Source: Gemmatimonadota bacterium (lineage in GTDB: Bacteria; Gemmatimonadota; Gemmatimonadetes; Gemmatimonadales; GWC2-71-9). Taken from it: a stretch of 61,036 nucleotides of DNA. The stretch covers positions 1 to 61,036 of the forward strand of contig JBDHIW010000005.1 of assembly GCA_039587215.1 (NCBI GenBank). Direction: 5' to 3'. Positions within the stretch are counted from its first letter, which is position 1. Every line of letters starts with the position of its first letter. Positions 10,181 to 19,242 of this stretch are shown piece after piece. Under the pieces are notes generated by a model. It worked only from the letters and a program-made list of their open reading frames with translations, was not told where the DNA came from and searched no databases. The position numbers were made by a program, and so were the translations under genes.

Positions 10181-10183
10181 CGG

Positions 10184-10888
10184 TCACGCCTCCCGGGTTG
10201 CGACGTACAGTCCACGCCCGGTCGGCCCTTCCGGGTCGTATGTCACCGCGAGTCCGGCGTCCGCGAAGGCCGTCTCCATCTCCGTCCGGGTGAAGAGCGA
10301 GAGCGTGTGGTGTTCGGTGTCGTGCCGGACCCCCGCTTCGGTCGCCGTGAGATAGTGGAACGTGAGCCGTGAGTGCCGCTCGTCGACCGCCGTATGCGAC
10401 ATGCGGCAGACCTTGCGGTCTTCCGTCTCGACGGTGAGACACGTGGTGAAGCCGTCCCGCATGGCCCCCGGCTCAAACCACGGTTCCACGACCAGCACGC
10501 CGGGATCGGCGAGGTGCGCGGCCATCGCCCGCATCGCGCGTCCGAGTGCCGCCGTATTGCGCAGGTAGCCGATCGAGCTGAAGAGACACACCACGGCGTC
10601 GTACCGGCGCCCCAGGTCGAACCCGCGCATGTCCGCCTCCGTGAAGCGCCCGGCTGGGTGCTTGGCGCGGGCAAGCGTCACGAACGCCGGCTCCAGGTCG
10701 ATGCCGTCCACCGCGAGCCCCTCGTCCGCGAAGAACCGCGCGTGCTCGGCCGTGCCGCACGCCACGTCGAGCAGCGTGGCGGCCGCCGGCACCCGCTCCC
10801 GCACGACCGCCGTCACGGCCCGGGCCTCGCCGCGGTAGTCCTTCTCGGCATAGAGCAGATCGTAGACGTCGGCGCTCATGGAGAACAC
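10184..10888 (-). CDS. Class I SAM-dependent methyltransferase (TylM1/DesVI-like fold)
   Basis: Motif I LLDVACGTAEH, then DGIDLEPAFV and VVCLFSSIGYL. The GTG 10888 start lies 6 nt after GGGAGG. An alternative ATG is at 10879. Confidence 0.8.
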   Translation of the reverse strand: MFSMSADVYDLLYAEKDYRGEARAVTAVVRERVPAAATLLDVACGTAEHARFFADEGLAVDGIDLEPAFVTLARAKHPAGRFTEADMRGFDLGRRYDAVVCLFSSIGYLRNTAALGRAMRAMAAHLADPGVLVVEPWFEPGAMRDGFTTCLTVETEDRKVCRMSHTAVDERHSRLTFHYLTATEAGVRHDTEHHTLSLFTRTEMETAFADAGLAVTYDPEGPTGRGLYVATREA

Positions 10889-11038
10889 GTCTCACCTCCC
10901 TCGCGACACGCCCCCTCGTCAGTCTAAGGTGCCCTTCCGACCCGGGTCGCGGGAGCCCTTGGGTCTCCCTCGCGGTTCCTCTGGCGGCGACATACGTTCC
11001 GGGGCCGCGCACACGTCAGCTCCCACACCACGGACGTC

Positions 11039-13306
11039 ATGCCCACGGATCACCCCTCTCGCCGCGACTTCGTCGCCGCCTCCGCCGCCTCCGCCGCCGC
11101 GGCGGCGTGGTCCGTCGGGGCCCCGGCGGCGCCGCGCGTCACGGCGGTGGCCACCCCGTTCCAGAGCCATCCGGACGGCGCGACGGTGCTGGTCCGCTTC
11201 GCCGCGACCGGCGTCGACGCGCCGGCCGGTCGGTTGCGGGTCTACGACGGGGGGCGGCGGCTCCTGGGTACCGCGGGCATGCTCAACACCGGCACGGAGT
11301 TGCTGGGCGAGTTGTGGATGCCGCTGCCCCGCACGACCACGGTCCGGAGCGAATTGGAGGCGCCCGGCGTGCGCGGCGTGCATCGGACGACGCACCGGCT
11401 GGTGCCGCCTCCCAGATGGACCGCGTACTGGCTGGCAGTCGTCGACGGGGCCGCGCTCGATGCGCACCTCGACGCACTCGATCCGCTCGCGCGCACGGTG
11501 CGGGCCGGGCTCCTGCGCGAAGCCGGACTCGCCGTGAACCCCCTCGCCGCCACCGCCGACCGCGCGCGGGACCACGTCGCCTTTCTTCAGCAGGCGCGCA
11601 TCGCCGCCCACGTGCAGCGCACCCTCGGCATCCCCGTGAGCCCGCTGGCGTGGTCGGCGGACGGCGTGCCGCCCGTCCGGGTGCTGGGGGCACTCGTCGG
11701 GTCGGGTGTCACCGCCGTAGCCTATCCGGCGGCCGCACCCGCCGCGCAGATCGTCCCCCTCGGGATGGCGGGGCAGATCCTCGCCGTGGGCGTGCCCGCG
11801 GCGGCCACCGCCGACGGGACGCGGATCGAGACGCAGATCGGCGCGATGGAGATGGGCCTCGGCGGATGGCTGCTCGCTCGCTCGGCGGAGCCCGGCAGCT
11901 CGGAGCGCGTCGTGATGCTCGTGAGCGACGACGTCGAGGCGGTGGTGCAGGCGCGCGCCAACGTCGAAGAGTGGAACCGCCGCTACGCGTATCCCCGCAT
12001 CGTGGTGGGCGCCCCCGCACCGCAGCACTTCCCGAGCGCGCCCGTGATCGCTGCACCCGCGCCGTCTCCCAGTGCCATCCCCGGAGCGGACGCGCGCGCC
12101 GCCGCACGCTCGGCGGACGAAACCCGGGCGGCCGAGCACAGCGACCGCCTCTTCGCGGCACTGGCACGGCTGGTCGGTGATGCGGATGCACCCGCGGCAG
12201 CCGTCGCCGGCGCCATCGGCTCGGCGGTGCCCGGCACGGTCGTCTTCAATCCGACGCCGTACCTCCGCACCGAAGCGCTCGTCGACGCGGACGGCCGCCT
12301 GCGCATGGCCACCGACGTTCCGCCGCTCGGGTACGCGTACCTGCCCGATCTCCGCGATGCTCCGTCGGTGCCCGCGCCGGAGGCAATCGCGGCACCCTTC
12401 ACCGCTCGCGCGGGCGACACGACGGTTCGGCTGGACGATGAAACCGGAGCGGTCGCGTCGGTCATCGATCCCGACGGCACCGAGTGGGTACACGACGGCC
12501 TCAACGCAGTGGCCGGAGCGGTGCTCACGCGCGTCGCGCGACAGGACCTGCCGGGTGTCGGGGTCCGCTTGCACATCGACCGTCGCCTGCCGAACGGCAG
12601 CCCCTTCCGCTCGGTCGTGACGGTCCATGCCGGCCGGCGCTGGATCGACGTCGAGAACACCTTTGCCGACGACGCACCCGCGCCCGACATCACGTTCCGA
12701 TTCGCCGCCGTGCCCACCCGCGCCGCCTGGGAGGTGCCGGGGGGCGTCGAAGAGCGCGACGTGCCCGTCGCCGGGGCGGACCACCTGCGGTGGGTGTTTC
12801 TCCGCGGAGCACAGAACGTGTTCCTCCGCGCCGAGGGCGCGCCGTGGTTCTCGATCGGTGCGGACGGCACGTTTACGAGTCACGCCCCACCCGGGCGGGC
12901 GCGCTACCGGGTCGCCGCGGACACCCTGCCGGCCACGGCGACCGACGCGGCCCGTGTGGGATGGAGCACCGAACCGCTTCGTGTCGTGCACGCGTCCGGC
13001 GGCGACGGACCGCTGCCGCGCTGGGGATCACTGATGGAGCTGGACCAGGCCGGCGCGGCGATCGTCGGCGTGGCCGACGGCGATGCGGACGGCGTGACGA
13101 TCTTCGTACAGGAGCTCTCGGGCACCGGGCGCACGCTGACGCTCGCAGGCGGCCTGCTCCGCTTCCGGACCGCCGAGGTCGTCGACTTCACCGGACGGGT
13201 CGTTCCGTCCGCCGCCGCGCCCGTGCCCGGGGGCGTGAGCTTCCCCATCCGGGGGCGCGGCTTCACCGCCGTGCGCCTCGGCGGTCTCCACCTGCCCGAG
13301 GGTTGA
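11039..13306 (+). CDS. Tat-signal secreted protein of unknown function, with a C-terminal region reminiscent of the glycoside hydrolase 38 C-terminal domain
   Basis: Twin-arginine motif SRRDFVAASAASAAAAAW at the N-terminus. 755 aa with consistent G/C third positions. The opposite-strand ORF 10919..12991 is Arg-rich shadow. The GH38-C resemblance (VVFNPTPYLRTE..., TVRLDDETGAVASVIDPDGTEWV) is recollection only. Confidence 0.6.
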   Translation: MPTDHPSRRDFVAASAASAAAAAWSVGAPAAPRVTAVATPFQSHPDGATVLVRFAATGVDAPAGRLRVYDGGRRLLGTAGMLNTGTELLGELWMPLPRTTTVRSELEAPGVRGVHRTTHRLVPPPRWTAYWLAVVDGAALDAHLDALDPLARTVRAGLLREAGLAVNPLAATADRARDHVAFLQQARIAAHVQRTLGIPVSPLAWSADGVPPVRVLGALVGSGVTAVAYPAAAPAAQIVPLGMAGQILAVGVPAAATADGTRIETQIGAMEMGLGGWLLARSAEPGSSERVVMLVSDDVEAVVQARANVEEWNRRYAYPRIVVGAPAPQHFPSAPVIAAPAPSPSAIPGADARAAARSADETRAAEHSDRLFAALARLVGDADAPAAAVAGAIGSAVPGTVVFNPTPYLRTEALVDADGRLRMATDVPPLGYAYLPDLRDAPSVPAPEAIAAPFTARAGDTTVRLDDETGAVASVIDPDGTEWVHDGLNAVAGAVLTRVARQDLPGVGVRLHIDRRLPNGSPFRSVVTVHAGRRWIDVENTFADDAPAPDITFRFAAVPTRAAWEVPGGVEERDVPVAGADHLRWVFLRGAQNVFLRAEGAPWFSIGADGTFTSHAPPGRARYRVAADTLPATATDAARVGWSTEPLRVVHASGGDGPLPRWGSLMELDQAGAAIVGVADGDADGVTIFVQELSGTGRTLTLAGGLLRFRTAEVVDFTGRVVPSAAAPVPGGVSFPIRGRGFTAVRLGGLHLPEG

Positions 13307-13340
13307 ACGAGCCCACGCGCGAAGGGTATATCTCTCTCCA

Positions 13341-14807
13341 ATGACGAAACCACGTACGCTAGGCGAGCTGAAGCAGACCCGGTGGGCAGAGCCCGCCATG
13401 CACGACCGATCCGTCAAGGACGAGATGCGCAGCAACCTCGTCACCCGACTGGAGGCGGGCCAGGACATCTTCGAGGGCATCGTCGGGTTCGAGCACTCGG
13501 TGGTGCCGCAGATCGTGAACGCCCTGCTCTCGCGCCACAATTTCATCCTGCTCGGACTCCGCGGGCAGGCGAAGAGCCGCATCCTGCGCGCGCTCGTGTC
13601 GCTCCTCGACGACGAGCTCCCCGTCATCGCGGGGAGCGAAGTGAACGACAATCCGTTCATGCCGATCTCCAAGTTCGGCCGCCACCAGCTGGAGGAGTGC
13701 GGCGACGCCACCTCCATCGAGTGGGTGGGGCGCGACCACCGGTACGTCGAGAAGCTCGCGACGCCGGACGTGACGATCGCGGACATCATCGGCGACGTAG
13801 ACCCGATCAAGGCAGCGCGCGGCGGGCACCTGCTCTCCGACGAGCTGACAATCCACTACGGGCTGCTGCCCCGCAGCAACCGCGGGATCTTCGCGCTCAA
13901 CGAGCTGCCGGACCTCGCAGGCAAGATCCAGGTCGGCCTCTTCAACATCATGCAGGAAGGCGACATCCAGATCCGGGGCTATCCCATCCGGCTGGCGCTC
14001 GACGTGATGCTCGTATTCTCGGCCAACCCCGAGGACTACACGGCGCGCGGCAAGATCATCACGCCGCTCAAGGACCGGATCGGCAGCGAGGTGATGACGC
14101 ACTATCCCGAGTCGCTGGACCTCGGCATGGCCATCACGGGACAGGAAGCCTGGACCGAGCGCGACGGCCGTCCGCTCGACGTCCCGACCTTCATCCACGA
14201 AGTGGTCGAGCGTGTGGCGTTCTGCGCCCGCGAGGACAAACGCGTCGATCACCGGTCCGGCGTGAGCCAGCGGCTACCCATCACCATGCTCGAGAACGCG
14301 CTGTCCAGCGCGGAGCAGCGGACGATCCTCACCAAGGAGAAGCGCATCGTTCCGCGAATCGCGGACGTGTACGCCGCCCTGCCCGCCATGACCGGCAAGA
14401 TCGAACTCGAATACGAAGGCGAGCTCTACGGCGCGGGCCGGGTTGCCCTCGACCTGGTACGGCGGGCCATCGGCGAGACGTTCGCCGAGCACGCGGGCGG
14501 CATCGACACCGACGAGATCGTGCTGTGGTTCGACGAGGGCGGTGCGCTCAAGATTTCCGACGGTGAGCGTTCCGAAGCGTGCCTGAAGGGCTTCTCCGCG
14601 GTTCCGGGGCTGCTCGACACGGTCGAAAAGGCCGGTCTCGCACCCGGCAAGGACCCGGCCACGCTGGTCGCGGCCTGCGAACTGATCCTCGAGGGGCTGG
14701 TCGCGCATCGCCGCATCTCACGAAGCGACGAACTGGGCTACGTGCGCTCGCGCCCCGAGCGGCCGCAGCACGGCGGCCACGGCAACATCGACCCGCAGTT
14801 GCTCTAA
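13341..14807 (+). CDS. ChlI/BchI-like AAA+ ATPase (magnesium-chelatase-like family) with deviant Walker motifs
   Basis: LLGLRGQAKSR is Walker A-like and GIFALNELPDL is Walker B-like. It also has the ...ANPEDYTARGKIITPLKDRIG... region typical of ChlI-like ATPases that pair with VWA proteins. Confidence 0.75.
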   Translation: MTKPRTLGELKQTRWAEPAMHDRSVKDEMRSNLVTRLEAGQDIFEGIVGFEHSVVPQIVNALLSRHNFILLGLRGQAKSRILRALVSLLDDELPVIAGSEVNDNPFMPISKFGRHQLEECGDATSIEWVGRDHRYVEKLATPDVTIADIIGDVDPIKAARGGHLLSDELTIHYGLLPRSNRGIFALNELPDLAGKIQVGLFNIMQEGDIQIRGYPIRLALDVMLVFSANPEDYTARGKIITPLKDRIGSEVMTHYPESLDLGMAITGQEAWTERDGRPLDVPTFIHEVVERVAFCAREDKRVDHRSGVSQRLPITMLENALSSAEQRTILTKEKRIVPRIADVYAALPAMTGKIELEYEGELYGAGRVALDLVRRAIGETFAEHAGGIDTDEIVLWFDEGGALKISDGERSEACLKGFSAVPGLLDTVEKAGLAPGKDPATLVAACELILEGLVAHRRISRSDELGYVRSRPERPQHGGHGNIDPQLL

Positions 14808-14823
14808 GGACGAAGGAGACCGC

Positions 14824-15459
14824 GTGGCCGTCATCACCATTTCGCGTCAATACGCCGCCGGTGGATCGCTGGTCGCGGCACAGGTGGCCGAGCAGCTCGG
14901 CTGGCCGGTCATTGACAACGACTTAGTCGACCGCGTCGCCGAACAGGCCGGCCTGCCCAAGTCCGAAGTCGAGGAGCAGGAAGAGCGGGTACCCTCGCTG
15001 CTCGAACGCCTCGCGGCCGCCCTCGCCATCTCGTCGCCCGAGGTGTTCGTGTCCACGGGCGAAGGGCCCGACACGCGGCTCGGCAACGAGGAGCGCATGG
15101 TGCGCGCGACCGAAGCGGTGATGACGCAGGCCGCGCAGGACGGCGACCTCGTCGTCGTCGGCCGAGGAGCACAAGCCCACCTCGCGGAGCGCGAGGACGC
15201 CCTGCACGTGTTCATCGTGGCCCCACGGGACAAGCGGATCACCGCCGCGATGGAGCGCCTCGGTATGAGTCGCGACGAGGCCACCGACGCCGTGGACGGC
15301 ACGGACGACGGCCGACGGCGGTACGTGAAGACCTACTACGACCGCCACTGGGAAGACGCCGAGAACTACCATCTGGTGCTGAACAGCGGCGTCTTCACCT
15401 ACGAACAGTGCACCGAGATGGTCGTGGCCGCGGCGCGGATGCGCGGGTGGGCGAGGTAG
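14824..15459 (+). CDS. Cytidylate kinase-like family protein (P-loop NTPase)
   Basis: GTG start. N-terminus VITISRQYAAGGSLVAAQVAEQLGWPVIDNDL matches the cytidylate-kinase-2-like signature ITISRxxGSGG. Confidence 0.7.
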   Translation: MAVITISRQYAAGGSLVAAQVAEQLGWPVIDNDLVDRVAEQAGLPKSEVEEQEERVPSLLERLAAALAISSPEVFVSTGEGPDTRLGNEERMVRATEAVMTQAAQDGDLVVVGRGAQAHLAEREDALHVFIVAPRDKRITAAMERLGMSRDEATDAVDGTDDGRRRYVKTYYDRHWEDAENYHLVLNSGVFTYEQCTEMVVAAARMRGWAR

Positions 15460-15572
15460 CCCGCACCGCTCCACACGGCGCCGTGCACCGATCCGGTTCG
15501 ACGGTTAGACTCCACACGGAGGGCGCCTCGGCCCGAACCGCCACCACACTCACACCTTAGCGACGTACGCCC

Positions 15573-16076
15573 ATGGCTTCACAAGCATCGTTCGACGTAT
15601 CCACCGGCGCCGATCTCCAGGAAGTGGACAACGCGCTCAACCAGGCGCGGAAAGAGATCCAGCAGCGCTACGACTTCAAGGGCAGCCACTGCACCATCGA
15701 CTTCGATCGCGCGCAGGCGCTGATCAAGCTCGAAGCGGACGACGACTTCCGCATGAATGCCCTGTGGGACGTGGTCCAATCCAAGCTCGTGAAGCGCAAG
15801 GTGCCGACCAAGAACGTGGTGCCGGGCGCGATCGAACCCGCCGCGGGCGGCCACGTACGCCGCGACGTGACGCTCACCCAGGGCATCCCGACCGATACGG
15901 CCAAGGCGATCGTCAAGGACGTCAAGGCGCAGGGCTGGAAGAAGGTGCAGACTGCCATCCAGGGCGAGGAGCTGCGGGTGTCGAGCCCGTCCAAGGACGC
16001 GCTGCAGGAAGTGATGCAGTTCCTGCGCGGGCAGGACTACGGCATCGAACTCACCTTCGGGAACTACCGCAGCTAG
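15573..16076 (+). CDS. yajQ: YajQ-family nucleotide (cyclic-di-GMP)-binding protein
   Basis: 167 aa. SFDVSTGADLQEVDNALNQARKEIQQRYDFKG... and ...LRVSSPSKDALQEVMQFLR... are characteristic of UPF0234/YajQ. Confidence 0.85.
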   Translation: MASQASFDVSTGADLQEVDNALNQARKEIQQRYDFKGSHCTIDFDRAQALIKLEADDDFRMNALWDVVQSKLVKRKVPTKNVVPGAIEPAAGGHVRRDVTLTQGIPTDTAKAIVKDVKAQGWKKVQTAIQGEELRVSSPSKDALQEVMQFLRGQDYGIELTFGNYRS

Positions 16077-16091
16077 TTCGGGCCGCCGAGC

Positions 16092-16619
16092 ATGAGCGCG
16101 CATCGCGACGCCCAGTGGCTGGCTGGCCGCCTCCACCACCAGGCCGGTATCGTCGAGCGTCTCGTCGGCGATGTCTCGCAGACACAGGCCGTGTGGAAGC
16201 CCGTGCCCGACCAGTGGTCGATCCTCGAAGTCGTGTGCCACCTCGCCGACGAGGAGGTGCTCGATTTCCGGACGCGGCTCGCCCTGGTACTGCGCGACCC
16301 CGAGGCCGACTGGCCGCCCATCGACCCACCGGGCTGGGCCGTCGAGCGTCGCTACAACGAGCGCGAGCTCGAGGACGCGGTCGCGGGATTCCTCGGCGAG
16401 CGCGCGGCCTCGGTCGCGTGGCTCCGCGGTCTCGCCGATCCCGATTGGACCGCGACCCACACGCACCCGCAGCTCGGCCCGCTGCGGGCCCGCGACCTCG
16501 CCGCCTCGTGGGCGGCGCACGATCTCCTGCACGTCCGCCAGATCACGCGACTCAGATTTCAGTATCTCGCCGTGGACTTCCCCGACGGGGATTCCGGCTA
16601 CGCCGGCCGCTGGACGTAA
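16092..16619 (+). CDS. DinB-family (DinB_2) metal-dependent protein
   Basis: WSILEVVCHLADEE ... AAHDLLHVRQI gives the His triad spacing typical of the DinB superfamily. Confidence 0.7.
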   Translation: MSAHRDAQWLAGRLHHQAGIVERLVGDVSQTQAVWKPVPDQWSILEVVCHLADEEVLDFRTRLALVLRDPEADWPPIDPPGWAVERRYNERELEDAVAGFLGERAASVAWLRGLADPDWTATHTHPQLGPLRARDLAASWAAHDLLHVRQITRLRFQYLAVDFPDGDSGYAGRWT

Positions 16620-16664
16620 CACCGCGCGGTTCGACCGACCTGTTCCTCCCATGGGAGTGATGGC

Positions 16665-17411
16665 ATGACCCTGAACCAGCAGCAGCTCGACCAGTGCTCG
16701 CAGAGCACCTGGGACTTCAGCGACCTCACCGCGCTTTTTCTCAACTGCACGCTCAAGAAGTCGCCCGAGCAGTCGCACACGGAGGGGCTGGTCACGATCG
16801 CCACGGCCATCATGGAGAAGAACGGTGTCGCCGTGGAGGTGCTCCGCCCGGTCGACTACGACCTCGCCTTCGGCGTGTACCCCGACATGACGGAGCGCGG
16901 CTGGGAGCGCGACGACTGGCCGGCGCTCTACGAGAAGGTGAAGGCGGCGGAGATCCTCGTGATCGGCTCGCCCATCTGGCTCGGCGAGAAGTCGTCGGTC
17001 TGCACGCAGGTGATCGAGCGGCTCTACTCCACGTCCGGCGACCTGAACGCGCACGGCCAGTACGCGTACTACGGCCGGGTCGGCGGGTGCCTGATCACGG
17101 GCAACGAGGACGGCGCCAAGCACTGCGCGATGAACATCCTCTACTCGCTCCAGCACCTGGGCTACGTCATCCCGCCGCAGGCGGACGCCGCCTGGCTCGG
17201 CGAGGCGGGGCCGGGGCCGAGCTATCTCGACCAGGGCTCGGGCGGCCCGGAGAACGACTTCACGAACCGGAACACCACGTTCATGACGTGGAACCTCCTG
17301 CACATGGCCCGCATGATCAAAGACGCGGGCGGCATTCCGGCACACGGCAACCAGCGCTCCGAGTGGGACGCCGGCTGCCGCTTCGATCACCCCAACCCGG
17401 AGTACCGCTGA
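16665..17411 (+). CDS. Flavodoxin-like / NADPH-dependent FMN reductase family protein
   Basis: LFLNCTLKKSPEQSHT, ILVIGSPIWLGEKSS and GGCLITGNEDGAKH are typical of the flavodoxin_2 / FMN_red fold. Confidence 0.75.
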   Translation: MTLNQQQLDQCSQSTWDFSDLTALFLNCTLKKSPEQSHTEGLVTIATAIMEKNGVAVEVLRPVDYDLAFGVYPDMTERGWERDDWPALYEKVKAAEILVIGSPIWLGEKSSVCTQVIERLYSTSGDLNAHGQYAYYGRVGGCLITGNEDGAKHCAMNILYSLQHLGYVIPPQADAAWLGEAGPGPSYLDQGSGGPENDFTNRNTTFMTWNLLHMARMIKDAGGIPAHGNQRSEWDAGCRFDHPNPEYR

Positions 17412-17893
17412 TGTCCGCGCTCGCCGCGACGGGACGGTTCGTCGTCTGCATCCTCCTGCCGCAGGCCATCGGGATCGGCTCCGCATTCGCCACGATGGAC
17501 GGCGTCCGCACGTGGTACGTGACGCTCAACCGCCCGTTCTTCACGCCGCCCTCCTGGGTGTTCGGGCCCGTGTGGACCCTGCTCTACCTCATGATGGGCG
17601 TGGCCGCGTTCCTCGTGTGGCAGCGCGGCTGGGACACGCCGGGCGTGAAGCTGGCGCTCGGGCTCTGGGTGGCCCAGCTCCTCTTGAACGGGCTCTGGTC
17701 GATCCTGTTCTTCGGGATGCAGGCGCCGGGGATCGCGCTCGTGGAGATCGTGGTGCTCCTGGCCCTCATCGTGTGGTGCACCAAAGTGTTCTTCCAGCTC
17801 AGTCCGCCGGCCGGTTGGCTCATGGTGCCCTACATCGCCTGGGTCGGCTTCGCCACGCTCTTGAACGGGGGGTTCTGGCTCCTCAACCGGTAG
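17411..17893 (+). CDS. tspO: TspO/MBR tryptophan-rich sensory protein
   Basis: Tail of track ORF 16694..17893. ATG 17411 overlaps the upstream stop (TGATG). Motifs WYVTLNRPFFTPPSWVFGPVWTLLYLMMGVAAFLVW and NGLWSILFF. About five TM segments. Confidence 0.85.
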   Translation: MSALAATGRFVVCILLPQAIGIGSAFATMDGVRTWYVTLNRPFFTPPSWVFGPVWTLLYLMMGVAAFLVWQRGWDTPGVKLALGLWVAQLLLNGLWSILFFGMQAPGIALVEIVVLLALIVWCTKVFFQLSPPAGWLMVPYIAWVGFATLLNGGFWLLNR

Positions 17894-17897
17894 CGCG

Positions 17898-19163
17898 TCA
17901 CCGGGTGGCGCGGAGGTCGCGCCGCAGCATCGTGCGGATGCCCAAGAGGATGGTGACCGCACCGCCCACGAGGAACGCCGTCATGACGCCGAATCGCTCG
18001 GCCACGAACCCTGCCTGCAGCGCGCCGAAGGGGGTCATGCCGCCGAACGCCACCGTGAACACCGACACCACCCGGCCGCGCAGTTCGTCGGGCGCGATCG
18101 TCTGCAGGAGGGAGTTGGTCGTGGCGGTCGTCACGATCATGGCGAGCCCGGCGAGTACGAGCAGCACCAGCATCACGCCGAGGCTTCGGGAGAAACCCAG
18201 CGCCACGATAGCGACGCCGAATCCCGTCGTCGCGAGCCCCACCAGGCGGCCCTTGGACACGCGCCACGCGTAGATCGCGAGCACCAGCGCGCCCACCACG
18301 GCACCGCCGCCCACCGCCGAGACCATCCACCCATAGGCCTGCGCCCCGCCGCCCAGCACCTCGCGGGCAACCACCGGGAGGAGCACGAGGCTCGGGAACC
18401 CAAAGATGCTGATGCCGGCGAGGTTCATGACGATCGCGCGGATGCGCGATTCGCCCGCCACGTACTGGAGCCCCTCACGGATCCGGCGCCCCGCTCCCCC
18501 GCTCGAATCCGCCACCACGCGCGCCGGAACCGTCATCGCGAACAGTGCGGCCAGAACCGCGAGGTAGGAGAGACCGTTGGCGAGGAAGCAGACGCCCACG
18601 CCCAGCGTCACGATCACGACACCGCCGATCGCCGGCCCGACGACGCGACTCGCGTTGAACGCGGACGAGTTCAAGGCAATTGCGTTCAGGAGGTCGTCCT
18701 TGCCCACGAGCTCGACGAAGAAGCTCTGCCGGGCCGGAATGTCGAAGGCGAGGGCGGTGCCCATGAGTCCCGTGAGGGTGACGACGTGCCAGAGCTGCAC
18801 GACGCCGCCCAGCACCAGCGCCGCGAGCACCAGCGCCAGCACCATGGCGGTCACCTGGGTCACGATCACCATCCGGTAGCGCGACACGCGGTCGGCGAGC
18901 GCCCCCGCGTAGAGCGAGAACACGAGGATCGGCAGCGAGCCAAGCGCATCCACGGCCCCCACCCAGAAGGCCGAGTCGGTGAGGTCCAGGACGAGCCATT
19001 GTCGGGCGACCCGGTGCATCCAGATCCCGATCAGCGAGACGACGTAGCCCGAGAAGAAGATCCGGAAGTTCCGGTGCTGGAACGCGGGGAACGCCCGGTG
19101 CCGGCGCGGCCGGCGGGCGAACGGCACGTCGGTCTCGGCGGGGTGGCTGCTGACGGCATCCAT
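17898..19163 (-). CDS. MFS transporter (EntS/MFS_3-like)
   Basis: NFRIFFSGYVVSLIGIWMHRVARQWLVLDLT and GALADRVSRYRMV with multiple TM segments. ATG 19163 is preferred over the track GTG 19187. Confidence 0.8.
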   Translation of the reverse strand: MDAVSSHPAETDVPFARRPRRHRAFPAFQHRNFRIFFSGYVVSLIGIWMHRVARQWLVLDLTDSAFWVGAVDALGSLPILVFSLYAGALADRVSRYRMVIVTQVTAMVLALVLAALVLGGVVQLWHVVTLTGLMGTALAFDIPARQSFFVELVGKDDLLNAIALNSSAFNASRVVGPAIGGVVIVTLGVGVCFLANGLSYLAVLAALFAMTVPARVVADSSGGAGRRIREGLQYVAGESRIRAIVMNLAGISIFGFPSLVLLPVVAREVLGGGAQAYGWMVSAVGGGAVVGALVLAIYAWRVSKGRLVGLATTGFGVAIVALGFSRSLGVMLVLLVLAGLAMIVTTATTNSLLQTIAPDELRGRVVSVFTVAFGGMTPFGALQAGFVAERFGVMTAFLVGGAVTILLGIRTMLRRDLRATR

Positions 19164-19242
19164 GGAATGGACGCTAACAGGCGCCACAATCCCTGACTAC
19201 GATTGCGGGAACCTCGAAGCCGCTCCAGGTTTGAAGGAGACC

